Assembly: GCA_027593235.1 (NCBI GenBank)
Contig: JAQCIU010000001.1
Location: forward strand, 167,132-231,131
Length of the DNA: 64,000 nt
Origin: Chloroflexota bacterium
GTDB taxonomy: Bacteria; Chloroflexota; Dehalococcoidia; UBA2979
Direction of reading: 5' to 3'
The notes under the pieces were generated by a model, which saw only the letters and a program-made list of their open reading frames with translations, did not search any database and was not told the DNA's origin. Of the stretch, positions 35,357 to 44,999 are shown one piece after another. Positions within the stretch are counted from its first letter, which is position 1; each line of letters opens with the position of its first letter. The translations under genes were made by a program, and so were the position numbers.

Positions 35357-36808
35357 ATGGTCGGAACCGCTACGTCTCCCCTCGTGCGAGACCTCCAGGC
35401 CGCTCTCGGAGACGAGGCCGTCCTCTTCGCGCCGGAAGATCTGCTCCCTTACGAGTACGACGCCTCCATCGATCGACACTCCCCCGACGCCGTCGTCCTG
35501 CCGCGCACCACCGCCGAGGTTGCCGCCGCCGCGCGCATCGCCGAGGAGCATGGCGTCCCCGTCGTCCCGCGCGGATCCGGGACCGGCTTCGCCGGCGGCG
35601 CCATCGCCGTCCAGGGCGGCGTGCTGGTGGTGCTGACGAGGATGAACGCGATCCGCGAGATTGATGTCGCGAACCGCATCGCCGTCTGCGAACCCGGCGT
35701 GATCAACCTCGACCTGCAGGAAGCGCTCGCTCCGCACGGGCTCCTCTACGCGCCCGATCCCTCGTCGCAGCGCATCTGCACCATCGGCGGCAACGTCGGC
35801 ACCAACTCCGGTGGCCCCCACACGCTGGCCCACGGCTCCACGGTCAACCACATCCTCGGCCTCGAGGTCGTGTTGCCCGGTGGCCGCATCACCAACCTCG
35901 GCTCGCGCCAGCTCGACGCGTCCGGCATCGACCTCCGCGGCCTCTTCGTCGGTTCCGAGGGCACGCTCGGCATCGTCACCGCCGTCACCGTGCGGCTGAT
36001 CCGCACCAACGAGGCGATCCGCACGATGCTGGCGATCTTCGACACCGTCGACGACGCCTCGAACGCGGTCTCCGAGGTGATTCGACGCCGCGTCATCCCG
36101 ATGGCGATGGAGATGCTCGACCAGGAAACGATCCGCGTTGTCGAACCCCGCGTGCACGCGGGCTACCCGCTCGAAGCGGGAGCGGTGCTGCTGATCGAGG
36201 TCGAAGGGCTGGCCGAGGCCGTCGAGCATGACGCCGCCGTCGTCGTCGATGCTTGCCGCAGCCAGGGCGCCCGCGAGGTCCGCATCGCCGAGGAGGCCGC
36301 CGAGCGCGAGGCGCTCTGGGAAGGCCGCAAGTCCGCAATCGGCGCGCTCGGGCACACCGCGCCCGCGCTCTATCTCCTCGATGGCGTCGTGCCGCGCACG
36401 CGGCTGCCGGAGGTGCTCAACCGCGTGCTCGCGCTCAGCGCGGAGTACGGCTTCAAGTGCGCCAACATGTTCCACGCCGGCGACGGCAACCTGCACCCCA
36501 CCGTGCTCTTCGATCCCGAGGAAGAAGGCGCGACCGAGCGCGTGCTCGAACTCGGCGGCAAAATCATGCGGCTCTGCGTGGACGCCGGCGGCTCGATCAC
36601 CGGCGAGCACGGCATCGGCACCGAAAAGCGCGAGTACATGAGCTGGGTCTTCAGCGAAGCCGATCTGGAAGCGATGAACCGCGTCCGCCTCGCCTTCGAT
36701 CCCACCCAGCGCTTCAACCCCTGCAAGGTCCTGCCGATGGGCCACGGCTGCGCGCAGGGCCACTTCGCCCCAATCCGCCAGCACCTCGGATCCGGTTCCT
36801 ATGTGTAG
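35357..36808 (+). CDS. glcD: Glycolate oxidase subunit GlcD (FAD-binding oxidase)
   Basis: The FAD_binding_4 pattern is VVLPRTTAEVAAAARIAEEHGVPVVPRGSGTGFAGGAI. It is followed by glcE-like and glcF-like genes. Confidence 0.8.
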   Translation: MVGTATSPLVRDLQAALGDEAVLFAPEDLLPYEYDASIDRHSPDAVVLPRTTAEVAAAARIAEEHGVPVVPRGSGTGFAGGAIAVQGGVLVVLTRMNAIREIDVANRIAVCEPGVINLDLQEALAPHGLLYAPDPSSQRICTIGGNVGTNSGGPHTLAHGSTVNHILGLEVVLPGGRITNLGSRQLDASGIDLRGLFVGSEGTLGIVTAVTVRLIRTNEAIRTMLAIFDTVDDASNAVSEVIRRRVIPMAMEMLDQETIRVVEPRVHAGYPLEAGAVLLIEVEGLAEAVEHDAAVVVDACRSQGAREVRIAEEAAEREALWEGRKSAIGALGHTAPALYLLDGVVPRTRLPEVLNRVLALSAEYGFKCANMFHAGDGNLHPTVLFDPEEEGATERVLELGGKIMRLCVDAGGSITGEHGIGTEKREYMSWVFSEADLEAMNRVRLAFDPTQRFNPCKVLPMGHGCAQGHFAPIRQHLGSGSYV

Positions 36809-36835
36809 ATCCCACCTCCGTCGATCGGCCACCGC

Positions 36836-38098
36836 GTGACCAACGCCTCCGTCGCCAACCTCGATGGCCTGCGCGCCGCGCTGCCGCCCGATGTCCAACG
36901 CGCCCCCGAGGGCTATGCCCTCGATGGCGTGACGCCCGCGCTCGCGGTTCGCCCGCGCTCCGCCGCCGAACTCGCCGCGACGCTACTCGCCGCGGATCAA
37001 GCCGGCCTCGCCGTCTCGCCGCAGGGCGGCCGCACCGCGATCACGCTTGGCCGCCCACTCGCGCGCTACGACGTCGCGCTGGACACGACCGCCCTCGATC
37101 GCGTCGTTGAATACGCCCCCGAGGACCTCACCATCACTGTCGAGGCCGGCATGACGCTGGCCGCACTCCAGGCCACGCTCGCCGCGGAGGGGCAGTACCT
37201 GCCGATCGACCCGTCGCCCGGGGATCAGCTTACTATCGGTGGCCTGCTCGCCACCGCGCGCTCCGGCGCCTGGCGTGGCCACCTGCCCGCCGCGCGCGAC
37301 CTCGTGCTGGGCGCCAAGGTGGCACTCTGCGACGGCGCGCTCACCAGCAGCGGCGGTCGCGTCGTGAAGAACGTCAGCGGCTTCGATATGCATCGCATGC
37401 ACACCGGCGCTCTCGGGGCGCTGGGCGTGATCGTCCAGGCCAGCTTCAAGCTCGCGCCGCTGCCGGCCGAGACCGCCACCCTCGCGCTGGACTGTGGCTC
37501 ACTCGCGAACGCCGGGACCATTGCGCACGCCCTCTGGGATCGCAATCTCTCCGCGCGCGCCATCACCATCCTCGATCCCGAAGCGGCCTCCGCCGTCGGC
37601 CTGCGCCGCTCACCAGCCGTCCTCGTCGACTTCGCTGGTGGCGAGACCGTCGTCGAGCGCTGCGTGCGCTCCGCAGGCGAGGTCGCGCGTGCCCACGCCG
37701 CGATCGTCGAGCGCGTGGATCCAGAGGCCTGGACGCGGCTGCGGACGCTCGCACGCGGCGGGACCGACGGCACCGTGGTCAGGCTTGGTGTGCCTGCCTC
37801 GGACGTCGCTACGCTCGTCGGACAGGCCGCTGCGATGATGGGCCCCGCCTGGGGGCACATCGCCGCTGGCGCCGTCTGGGCGCGACCGGCTGCAGACGCC
37901 CGTGCGCTCGCCGAGTTGCGCGCTACCGCCGAGGCGCGTGGCGGCTACCTCCAGGTCGAGGCCGCCTCCCGCTCCCTCCGCGAGGCGTTCGATCCCTTCG
38001 GCTCCGGTGACGCCGAACTCGTGCGTTCCTTGAAGTATCAGTTCGATCCAAACGGCACGTTGAACCCCGGACGCTGGGGAGCGGGGGAGCAATCGTGA
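36836..38098 (+). CDS. glcE: Glycolate oxidase FAD-binding subunit GlcE
   Basis: This is an FAD-binding PCMH-type domain (AVRPRSAAELAATLLAADQAGLAVSPQGGRT). Its position between glcD and glcF supports the call, and its stop overlaps the glcF start (GTGA). Confidence 0.7.
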   Translation: MTNASVANLDGLRAALPPDVQRAPEGYALDGVTPALAVRPRSAAELAATLLAADQAGLAVSPQGGRTAITLGRPLARYDVALDTTALDRVVEYAPEDLTITVEAGMTLAALQATLAAEGQYLPIDPSPGDQLTIGGLLATARSGAWRGHLPAARDLVLGAKVALCDGALTSSGGRVVKNVSGFDMHRMHTGALGALGVIVQASFKLAPLPAETATLALDCGSLANAGTIAHALWDRNLSARAITILDPEAASAVGLRRSPAVLVDFAGGETVVERCVRSAGEVARAHAAIVERVDPEAWTRLRTLARGGTDGTVVRLGVPASDVATLVGQAAAMMGPAWGHIAAGAVWARPAADARALAELRATAEARGGYLQVEAASRSLREAFDPFGSGDAELVRSLKYQFDPNGTLNPGRWGAGEQS

Positions 38099-39420
38099 CC
38101 ACCACCGGATGGCGCTTTGTCGGCCCGGACATCCCGTCCGCCGACGATCTCCGAAACTGCATCCACTGCGGCTTCTGTCTGCCCACCTGCCCCACCTACG
38201 TCGCGACCGGTCACGAACTTGAGTCGCCGCGCGGGCGCCTCCACCTGATCGACGCCGTCCGCGACGGCCGCATCGCCGCTACGGAGCGCGTGCTCGGCCA
38301 CCTCGATCTCTGTTTGCAGTGCCGCGCTTGCGAGACCGCCTGCCCCTCCGGCGTCCCCTACGGCCGGATCATGGAAGACGCGCGCGCCTCGATCATGGCG
38401 AACGAGCCCGGACGCCAGCCGGAAAAGTGGCGCCTGCGCGTGCTCGCCCTGCAATACGTGCTCGCCAAGCCACGCGTGCTCCGCGCGATGCTGCTTCCGG
38501 CCCGCATCTACTCCCGCTCCCGCGTCCAGTCGCTCGTCCGCCGCACCGTCGGTCCGCGGCTGCCGTCCATCCTCGGCAACCTCGAGTCGCTGGCGCCGGA
38601 TCTGCGACGCCGCCCGTTTCGTCGGCGCGGCAACCTCGCGCGTCCGCGCGGCGCCACCTCGCGCGTCGCGCTGCTGACCGGCTGCGTGCACGGCGAGTTC
38701 TTCCCGCAAACCCACGTCGCCACCGTCCGCGCACTCGTCGCCGTCGGTGCCGAGGTGGTTGCGCCGCCGGAGCAGGGCTGCTGCGGTGCGCTGCACTCGC
38801 ACGCCGGTGACGCGGAGATGGCGCGCACCCTCGCCCGTACCAACATCGCCGCCTTCGAGGCCGCGGGCGTCGACGCCGTGATCGTCAACGCCGCCGGCTG
38901 CGGCGCCGCGATGAAGGAGTACGGCCACCTGCTCCGCAACGATCCAGACTGGGCGGAGCGCGCCGAACGCTTTGCCGCCACTGTCCTCGATGTCACCGAG
39001 TTCGTCGCGGAACGGCTGGAGCAGTCAGGCATCGCCTCGAAGCTCGGCACGCTCGATATCGACGTCACGCTGCAGGACTCCTGCCACCTCGCCCACGGCC
39101 AGGGCGTGCGCGCTGCCCCGCGCGCGATCCTCGAGGCCATTCCGGGGCTTCGCCTCCACGAGATGCTGACCCCGGACCGCTGCTGTGGCTCCGCCGGGAT
39201 CTACTCCGCCGTGCAGTCGGAGATGTCCGCGACCGTGCTCGAAGCGAAGATGATCGATATCCAGGGCACCGGTGCAGACGTCATCTGCACCGCGAATCCC
39301 GGCTGCACCATGCAGCTCCAGGCCGGCGTCCGCCGCAACGGGATGGACGCCGAGGTGAAGCACGTCATCGAACTACTCGATGAGTCCCTGCAGGCCGGAC
39401 GCGCTAGCGCGTCGTCATAA
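38095..39420 (+). CDS. glcF: Glycolate oxidase iron-sulfur subunit GlcF
   Basis: CIHCGFCLPTCPTY and CLQCRACETACPSG are two 4Fe-4S motifs, followed by C-terminal CCG-type Cys-rich repeats. Confidence 0.8.
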   Translation: MTTTGWRFVGPDIPSADDLRNCIHCGFCLPTCPTYVATGHELESPRGRLHLIDAVRDGRIAATERVLGHLDLCLQCRACETACPSGVPYGRIMEDARASIMANEPGRQPEKWRLRVLALQYVLAKPRVLRAMLLPARIYSRSRVQSLVRRTVGPRLPSILGNLESLAPDLRRRPFRRRGNLARPRGATSRVALLTGCVHGEFFPQTHVATVRALVAVGAEVVAPPEQGCCGALHSHAGDAEMARTLARTNIAAFEAAGVDAVIVNAAGCGAAMKEYGHLLRNDPDWAERAERFAATVLDVTEFVAERLEQSGIASKLGTLDIDVTLQDSCHLAHGQGVRAAPRAILEAIPGLRLHEMLTPDRCCGSAGIYSAVQSEMSATVLEAKMIDIQGTGADVICTANPGCTMQLQAGVRRNGMDAEVKHVIELLDESLQAGRASASS

Positions 39421-39460
39421 CGACACCGACGTGCGGGCGCGTCGTCATGACGACGCCGAC
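39407..39460 (+). repeat. Two 24-nt direct repeats (22/24 identical, 30-bp period) spanning the glcF stop; copy 2 contains the perfect palindrome GTCGTCATGACGAC
   Basis: GCGCGTCGTCATAACGACACCGAC lies at 39407-39430 and GCGCGTCGTCATGACGACGCCGAC at 39437-39460. GTCATAACG recurs at 39532-39540. Confidence 0.8.
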
Positions 39461-39604
39461 CCGGTCGGACACGGCATAACCACAGCGACAGATAGTCGTG
39501 TCGTGGTAACGGGACAAACCACCTGAAAGTTGTCATAACGGAACGGATGCGCCCTCGCGTCCTAGCTCTACGGTTCCACCCCCGCGCGAGCCGATAATCG
39601 CCGA

Positions 39605-40849
39605 GTGACCAACTCGCGTGCCCGTTCCGCACTTCTGGTGCTCGTCAGCGCGTTTGTCGCCGCGTCATGGGCTGCGGGCGCCGGCGCACAAACGCCGCCG
39701 CCACCACCGTTCCAGGCCGTCCTGCCGTCGGCCGGCGGCGTGGTCCTCGTCACGACCATCACTGACGCGACGCCGGAGCAGCTCGTCTCCTATGCCGGCG
39801 CCAACGGTTGCGCCGCACGATCGCTCTGGGTCGACGGCGGAGGCGCCCTGATCGGCTACGTCGCCGTTGCGCCTGACATCGTCAATATCGACTTTCCCGG
39901 CAACGTTGCGTCCGGATCGCCGCTGCTGATCGCCTGCGCACGTCCCGCACCCACCCTCGTCGCCGCGCCCGGCCTCTCCTGTCCGCTGTTCCCCGCCGAC
40001 AACGTTTGGAACGCCCGCGTGGATGGGCTGCCGGTGCATACGCAGTCCTCGGCGTGGGTCAACACCATCGGCGCCAGCAAGACCTTCCACCCCGATTTCG
40101 GCTCCGGCGAATGGCCGCCCGGGAGCGGGTCACCGATCGGCATCCCCTACATCGAGGTCAACGGCGGCGCCGCCGTCACCGTGTCCTTAGACTACGCCGA
40201 CGAAAGCGATGTCGGCCCGTACCCGATTCCCGCCAACGCCCCGATCGAGGGCGGTCCCAACGGCGACGGCGATCGCCACGTCCTGATCGTCGATCGCTCT
40301 GACTGCACGCTCTACGAGCTGTTCGATGCGCGCCGCCAGGCCAACGGGAACTGGACCGCCGGCTCCGGCGCGATCTGGGATCTCACCTCGAACGCGCTGC
40401 GCCCGTCGGGCTGGACCTCCGCCGACGCGGCGGGCCTGCCGATCCTCCCCGGCCTCATTCGCTACGACGAAGTTGCCACCGGCGAGATCACCCACGCGAT
40501 CCGCTTCACCGCGCCACAGACCCAGCGCGCCTTCGTATGGCCGGCGACGCACTACGCCTCCAGCCTGACCGGTGCCGCGTACCCACCAATGGGCGCGCGC
40601 TTCCGCCTGCGCGCCGATTTCGATCTCAGCGGCTACGATCCCGATGTCCAGGTCATCCTCCGCGCCATGCAGCGCTACGGCATGATCCTCGCCGACAACG
40701 GGTCGTCCTGGTATCTCTCCGGCGCCCCTGATGATCGCTGGGACAACGACGTGCTGCGCGAACTCAAGACGCTGCAGGGCAGTGACTTCGAAGTGATCGA
40801 TTCCAGCGGGCTCCAACTGGCCGCCGGGAGCGCAGAAATTCGCCCGTAA
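39605..40849 (+). CDS. Secreted protein of unknown function
   Basis: The signal peptide is MTNSRARSALLVLVSAFVAASWAAGAGAQ. The conserved-looking core is FPADNVWNARVDGLPVH ... FHPDFGSG ... GIPYIEV ... DRHVLIVDRSDCTLYELF. I cannot name the family. Confidence 0.7.
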   Translation: MTNSRARSALLVLVSAFVAASWAAGAGAQTPPPPPFQAVLPSAGGVVLVTTITDATPEQLVSYAGANGCAARSLWVDGGGALIGYVAVAPDIVNIDFPGNVASGSPLLIACARPAPTLVAAPGLSCPLFPADNVWNARVDGLPVHTQSSAWVNTIGASKTFHPDFGSGEWPPGSGSPIGIPYIEVNGGAAVTVSLDYADESDVGPYPIPANAPIEGGPNGDGDRHVLIVDRSDCTLYELFDARRQANGNWTAGSGAIWDLTSNALRPSGWTSADAAGLPILPGLIRYDEVATGEITHAIRFTAPQTQRAFVWPATHYASSLTGAAYPPMGARFRLRADFDLSGYDPDVQVILRAMQRYGMILADNGSSWYLSGAPDDRWDNDVLRELKTLQGSDFEVIDSSGLQLAAGSAEIRP

Positions 40850-40968
40850 AGGGAACCGACCGAACCTCCGCTTCGTATCCTCCCCTATCAACGGGCTAAA
40901 CGACTGTGATATACAGCTCATATCTCTGGTCCCGAACGGGCCCAGAGCAGGGGGGGTTGGAGGCAAGA

Positions 40969-42855
40969 ATGGCTGAGGGACGCAATTACTGGACCCGCCA
41001 GCGAGTTTCGCGGCGTGGAATGTTGCGTGGGGCCGCGGTTGGGTCAGCAGGCCTAGCTGGAGCGGTGCTCATTGGCTGCGGCGGCGATGACGATGGAACG
41101 GCGACGCCAGGTGCAAGCGGAACGGCCGCAGCAACCTCGACGGCCGGCGGCGGTGGTGCCGCCACCGCGACGCCAGATGGCGGCGGCGCTGGTGCGATGA
41201 CGCCCGTTAGTGGCGGGATCCTCAGCCTCGTCTCAAACCCGGTGTACGACTCGGTCGACGCACAGACCTCTGTGTCCAGCCCGGTGTTGACGATTACCTC
41301 GCGCGCCCAGTCGAAGCTCCTGCGCTTCACGAACCCGAACAGCGGCGAAGTGGTCGGCGACCTGATCGAGAGCTGGGAAGTCGTCAGCCCCACCGAGGTC
41401 GTGCTCAACATGCGGCAGGGTGTGACCTGGCACGACGCTGGTCCCGGCGCTGACAACCCGGCCTCGACGGCCGGTCGCCCGCTGACGACCGAAGACATCA
41501 AGTGGAACATCGAGCGCCAGCAGAAGGCGGTGTTCGCGGACGGCAGCGCTGGCAACTTCGGCCGCAAGTCGTTCTGGAACAAGATCCAGTCGATGGAGAT
41601 CACCGACAAGGAACTCCGATTCACACTGGGTGCTCCTGACGCCACGTTCGTTGAGGGCATGGCGAATGAGTTCAACACGATCAACCAGCCCGAGCTGGCT
41701 GAGTCGGTTGGCGCGAACTTCAGCGAGATCACGCCGGATAAGGTGATCGGGACCGGCCCGTTCATCCTGACCGAGTGGCGTCCTGGTGAGCGCGTCTCCG
41801 GTGTCCGCAACCCCAAGTACTACGACCCTGCCCGACCCTATCTCGACGGGTTCGTGCTCGGCGCGGTGTTCGATGACCCGACGGCGTACCGGATCGGCTT
41901 CGAGCAGAACCAGATCGATTACTTCTCTGATCCGGACCCGGACACCACGCTGGCGATCCAGGCCAGCAATGCGGACACGACCAACATCCGCTGGTCGGGC
42001 GTCGCGAACACGGTGGCGGCCTACACCAACACCAACATCGCGCCCTTTAACGACCTCAGGCTGGCTCAGGCGATTGATCTCGCGCTAGATCGCCGCCTGA
42101 TCATTCAGCAGCTCCACAACGGCTATGGGCGCGTCAGTGGCCCGATCTCCTGGTTGCAGGAGAAGTGGGCGTTCTCGCAGGAGCGACTCCAGACACAGCC
42201 CGGTTACCAGAGTGGTGCGGAGCGCGACGCGGACGTCGCCGAAGCGAACAAGCTGTGGCAGGCCGCGGGCGGTGCAGACGTCGGCGAGATTAGCTGGACG
42301 ATCGCGGATTCATGGGCATCTCGCGCGTCCTGGAATGCGACGCCGGAGCTGATCGTCGGGATGTTCAACGACGCGTTCAGCACGAAGCAGTTCGTGGCCA
42401 AGACCGCGCCGTACGGCGAGATCATTCCGAGTTGGGCCAATGGGACGTTCGACAACTTCTTCGCCTGGATCTCGAATGTCGAGATTCCAGACGCTCGGGC
42501 CGACCTGTTGGCGGCGTTCGGTACCGGTTCGCCGGCGAACTTCTGGAACATCAGCAAGCCGGACGAGATCGACGCGCCGCTGGCAGCAGCGGTGGCGACC
42601 ACCGATCTCGATGAAGCGCTCGAACTCGTCAACGGAGTCCAGGACTACATCCTGGAGAACGGCCAGTTCGGCCGGCACATCGCCTACAACTACATCTTCC
42701 CGAGCATCACTTGGAACCACTACCACACGACGGGCCCGGCGGATGGAGAGGGTTGGAACTTCATCTCTTCCAGCCTGGGTGCGGTAGAAGAGTGGATCGA
42801 CCAGACCGACCCGTCCTTCGATGGTCGACAGTCGCCGTCGGTGACGCCGGTCTAG
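40969..42855 (+). CDS. ABC transporter substrate-binding lipoprotein, family 5 (Dpp/Opp-like), Tat-type signal
   Basis: SRRGMLRGAAVGSAGLAGAVLIGCGG combines a twin-Arg motif with a lipobox and is followed by a Gly/Ala/Thr linker. The size and layout fit an SBP_bac_5 protein. Confidence 0.8.
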   Translation: MAEGRNYWTRQRVSRRGMLRGAAVGSAGLAGAVLIGCGGDDDGTATPGASGTAAATSTAGGGGAATATPDGGGAGAMTPVSGGILSLVSNPVYDSVDAQTSVSSPVLTITSRAQSKLLRFTNPNSGEVVGDLIESWEVVSPTEVVLNMRQGVTWHDAGPGADNPASTAGRPLTTEDIKWNIERQQKAVFADGSAGNFGRKSFWNKIQSMEITDKELRFTLGAPDATFVEGMANEFNTINQPELAESVGANFSEITPDKVIGTGPFILTEWRPGERVSGVRNPKYYDPARPYLDGFVLGAVFDDPTAYRIGFEQNQIDYFSDPDPDTTLAIQASNADTTNIRWSGVANTVAAYTNTNIAPFNDLRLAQAIDLALDRRLIIQQLHNGYGRVSGPISWLQEKWAFSQERLQTQPGYQSGAERDADVAEANKLWQAAGGADVGEISWTIADSWASRASWNATPELIVGMFNDAFSTKQFVAKTAPYGEIIPSWANGTFDNFFAWISNVEIPDARADLLAAFGTGSPANFWNISKPDEIDAPLAAAVATTDLDEALELVNGVQDYILENGQFGRHIAYNYIFPSITWNHYHTTGPADGEGWNFISSSLGAVEEWIDQTDPSFDGRQSPSVTPV

Positions 42856-42943
42856 GGCGACCGCTCGACCGAGGTCGAATCGTTGACCGGTATTCAAGCG
42901 GCCGCGCCGTTGGGCGCGGCCGCTGCGCAATAAGGGAGCTGGC

Positions 42944-43903
42944 ATGGGGACGTACATCCTCCGCCGCCTGATCCTCAATATCATCGTGCTGTGGCTCGTC
43001 GCTACCATGGTCTTTCTGTCGATCAGGGTGCTCCCGGGGAACTACGCCAGCCAGCAGTTCGCTGGAGCGAACCTCGGCGGCGTGACGCCTGAGGCGATCG
43101 CTCAGGCCGAGAAGGCGCTGGGCCTCGACAAGCCGGTCGGCGAGCAATACGTCAACTTCATGGGAGATCTGCTGACGCTCGATCTCGGTGAATCGTTCCG
43201 TACGAGGAAATCGACGTGGAGCGAGCTTGCGACGGCGCTGCCGTACAGCCTTGAGCTTGGTCTGTTCATCGTGCTCGTCGGGTTCTCGGTGGCGATCCCG
43301 GTCGGGGTGGTGAGCGCCGTCAAACAGGACCTCGCACCGGACTACATCCTTCGAGCGATCGCGATCACGGCGTTGGCGGCACCCGTCTTCTGGACTGCCT
43401 CGATTGCCGTGCTCTTTGTTCTCAAATGGGATCTGATCCAGATCAACGTGACCGGGCAGCCGCACTACTGGACCGATCCCTGGAGCGCGTTCCAGTGGTA
43501 TCTGATCCCAGGGGTTGTGGGAGGGTTCGCGTCAACGGCAACCGTGATGCGCCTCCTGCGGTCGGAACTCCTCGAGGTCTTGCGTCAGGACTACGTCCGG
43601 ACAGCCCGGGCGAAGGGACTCACCGAACGCGCGGTGATCATGCGGCACGCGATGCGGAACGCGTTCCTTCCGGTGTTGACGGTTATGGGCTTGACCCTGG
43701 CCACCCTCATCAGCTCGCAGATCGTGCTAGAGCAGATGTTCAACATTCCGGGCGTCGGCCGCATGTTGTTCCGCTCGATCTCCCTGCGCGACTACCCGCT
43801 CTTCCAGGGCCTGGTGATCGTCACCACCTTCGTGATTGTGACGACGAATCTGGCCGTTGATGTGCTCTACGGCTTCCTGGACCCACGTGTGAGGTTGTCC
43901 TAA
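42944..43903 (+). CDS. ABC transporter permease (DppB/OppB-like)
   Basis: The EAA loop is YVRTARAKGLTERAVIMRHAMRNA, and there are 6 TM segments. Confidence 0.85.
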   Translation: MGTYILRRLILNIIVLWLVATMVFLSIRVLPGNYASQQFAGANLGGVTPEAIAQAEKALGLDKPVGEQYVNFMGDLLTLDLGESFRTRKSTWSELATALPYSLELGLFIVLVGFSVAIPVGVVSAVKQDLAPDYILRAIAITALAAPVFWTASIAVLFVLKWDLIQINVTGQPHYWTDPWSAFQWYLIPGVVGGFASTATVMRLLRSELLEVLRQDYVRTARAKGLTERAVIMRHAMRNAFLPVLTVMGLTLATLISSQIVLEQMFNIPGVGRMLFRSISLRDYPLFQGLVIVTTFVIVTTNLAVDVLYGFLDPRVRLS

Positions 43904-44874
43904 TGGCCGAGGCCACTGCACCGATCCTCGGCAAACCGGAAGGCCGTGCGCTCTCGATTCCAGGGTTGCGCTGGCTGATCTCGTTCTCACGGCGCAAGCC
44001 GCTCGGCGGGATCGCACTCGTCATCGTCGTGTTGCTCGTTGTCACGGCGATCTTTGCCCCGTTCATCGCGCGGTACGACCCTGATTTCATCTTCAAGCGA
44101 GAGAACCCCGTCTACGAGGCCAACCCGTCGTTCGCGCAGCTCGCGGCGAACCCCGACATCGGATCGCCGGTGATCGTCGATTCGTTCGAGACGCCGAATC
44201 CGACGCACTGGTTTGGGACTGACAAGGTTGGTCACGACATCTACGCCCGCGTCGTGCACGGCACGCGACTGTCGCTGATCGTCGGCCTCGGCGCCTCCGC
44301 GATCGCGGTCAGCATCGGACTGTTGATCGGCGTCGTATCAGGCTTCTATCGAGGCTGGTTTGACATCATCATGCAGCGCCTGATCGACGCCCTCCAGGCG
44401 TTTCCCGGGCTGGTGTTGCTGCTGCTCTTGGTGCAGGTCGCCGAGCCGTCCGTGCGGAATACGGTCATAGCGATGGGGGTGATCGGCGTGCCGACGGTGA
44501 CGAGGATCATCAGATCCTCGACGCTCGTCGTGCAGAGCACCGACTATGTCGAGGCAGCTCGGTCGATCGGCGCCACCAACAACCGGATCTTGTGGCGCCA
44601 CATCATCCCCAACATCTTCTCCGTCGTGTTGATCGCGTTCTCGATCGGCATCGGCGCCTACATCATCTTCGAGGCGACGATCTCCTTCCTCGGAGTTGGC
44701 CCGCGTGGCGTCGTCTCCTGGGGAAAGATGGTCCAGGAAGGCAGAGGGTCGCTTGACCTCCATCCGTGGTTGACGGTGTTTGCCGGAATGGCGATCGCCA
44801 TCGTCGTGATCGCGTTCAACTTCCTCGGTGATGCCGTCCGCGATGTACTCGACCCGCGCCTCCGAGGCCACTAG
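43903..44874 (+). CDS. ABC transporter permease (DppC/OppC-like)
   Basis: The EAA loop is YVEAARSIGATNNRILWRHIIPN. The start overlaps the upstream stop (TAATG). Confidence 0.85.
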   Translation: MAEATAPILGKPEGRALSIPGLRWLISFSRRKPLGGIALVIVVLLVVTAIFAPFIARYDPDFIFKRENPVYEANPSFAQLAANPDIGSPVIVDSFETPNPTHWFGTDKVGHDIYARVVHGTRLSLIVGLGASAIAVSIGLLIGVVSGFYRGWFDIIMQRLIDALQAFPGLVLLLLLVQVAEPSVRNTVIAMGVIGVPTVTRIIRSSTLVVQSTDYVEAARSIGATNNRILWRHIIPNIFSVVLIAFSIGIGAYIIFEATISFLGVGPRGVVSWGKMVQEGRGSLDLHPWLTVFAGMAIAIVVIAFNFLGDAVRDVLDPRLRGH

Positions 44875-44901
44875 CCGGAAGAATTACGAGTGATCAGATA
44901 C

Positions 44902-44936
44902 AGCACGAGGCCCAGTCAATGACCGGGCCTCGTGCT
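44902..44936 (+). terminator. 12-bp perfect-stem hairpin after the permease genes
   Basis: The sequence is AGCACGAGGCCC-agtcaatgacc-GGGCCTCGTGCT followed by cgtt. It begins 28 nt after the stop. Confidence 0.55.
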
Positions 44937-44954
44937 CGTTGGCGTCTGGTGACG

Positions 44955-44980
44955 GCGCGGTCCCGCCGGCGGGACCGCGC
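44955..44980. terminator. Perfect 26-nt palindrome GCGCGGTCCCGCCGGCGGGACCGCGC downstream of the P450 gene
   Basis: Read directly, 20 nt beyond the P450 stop (45000-45002). Confidence 0.5.
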
Positions 44981-44999
44981 CGGCCTCGTTCGGCCTCAG

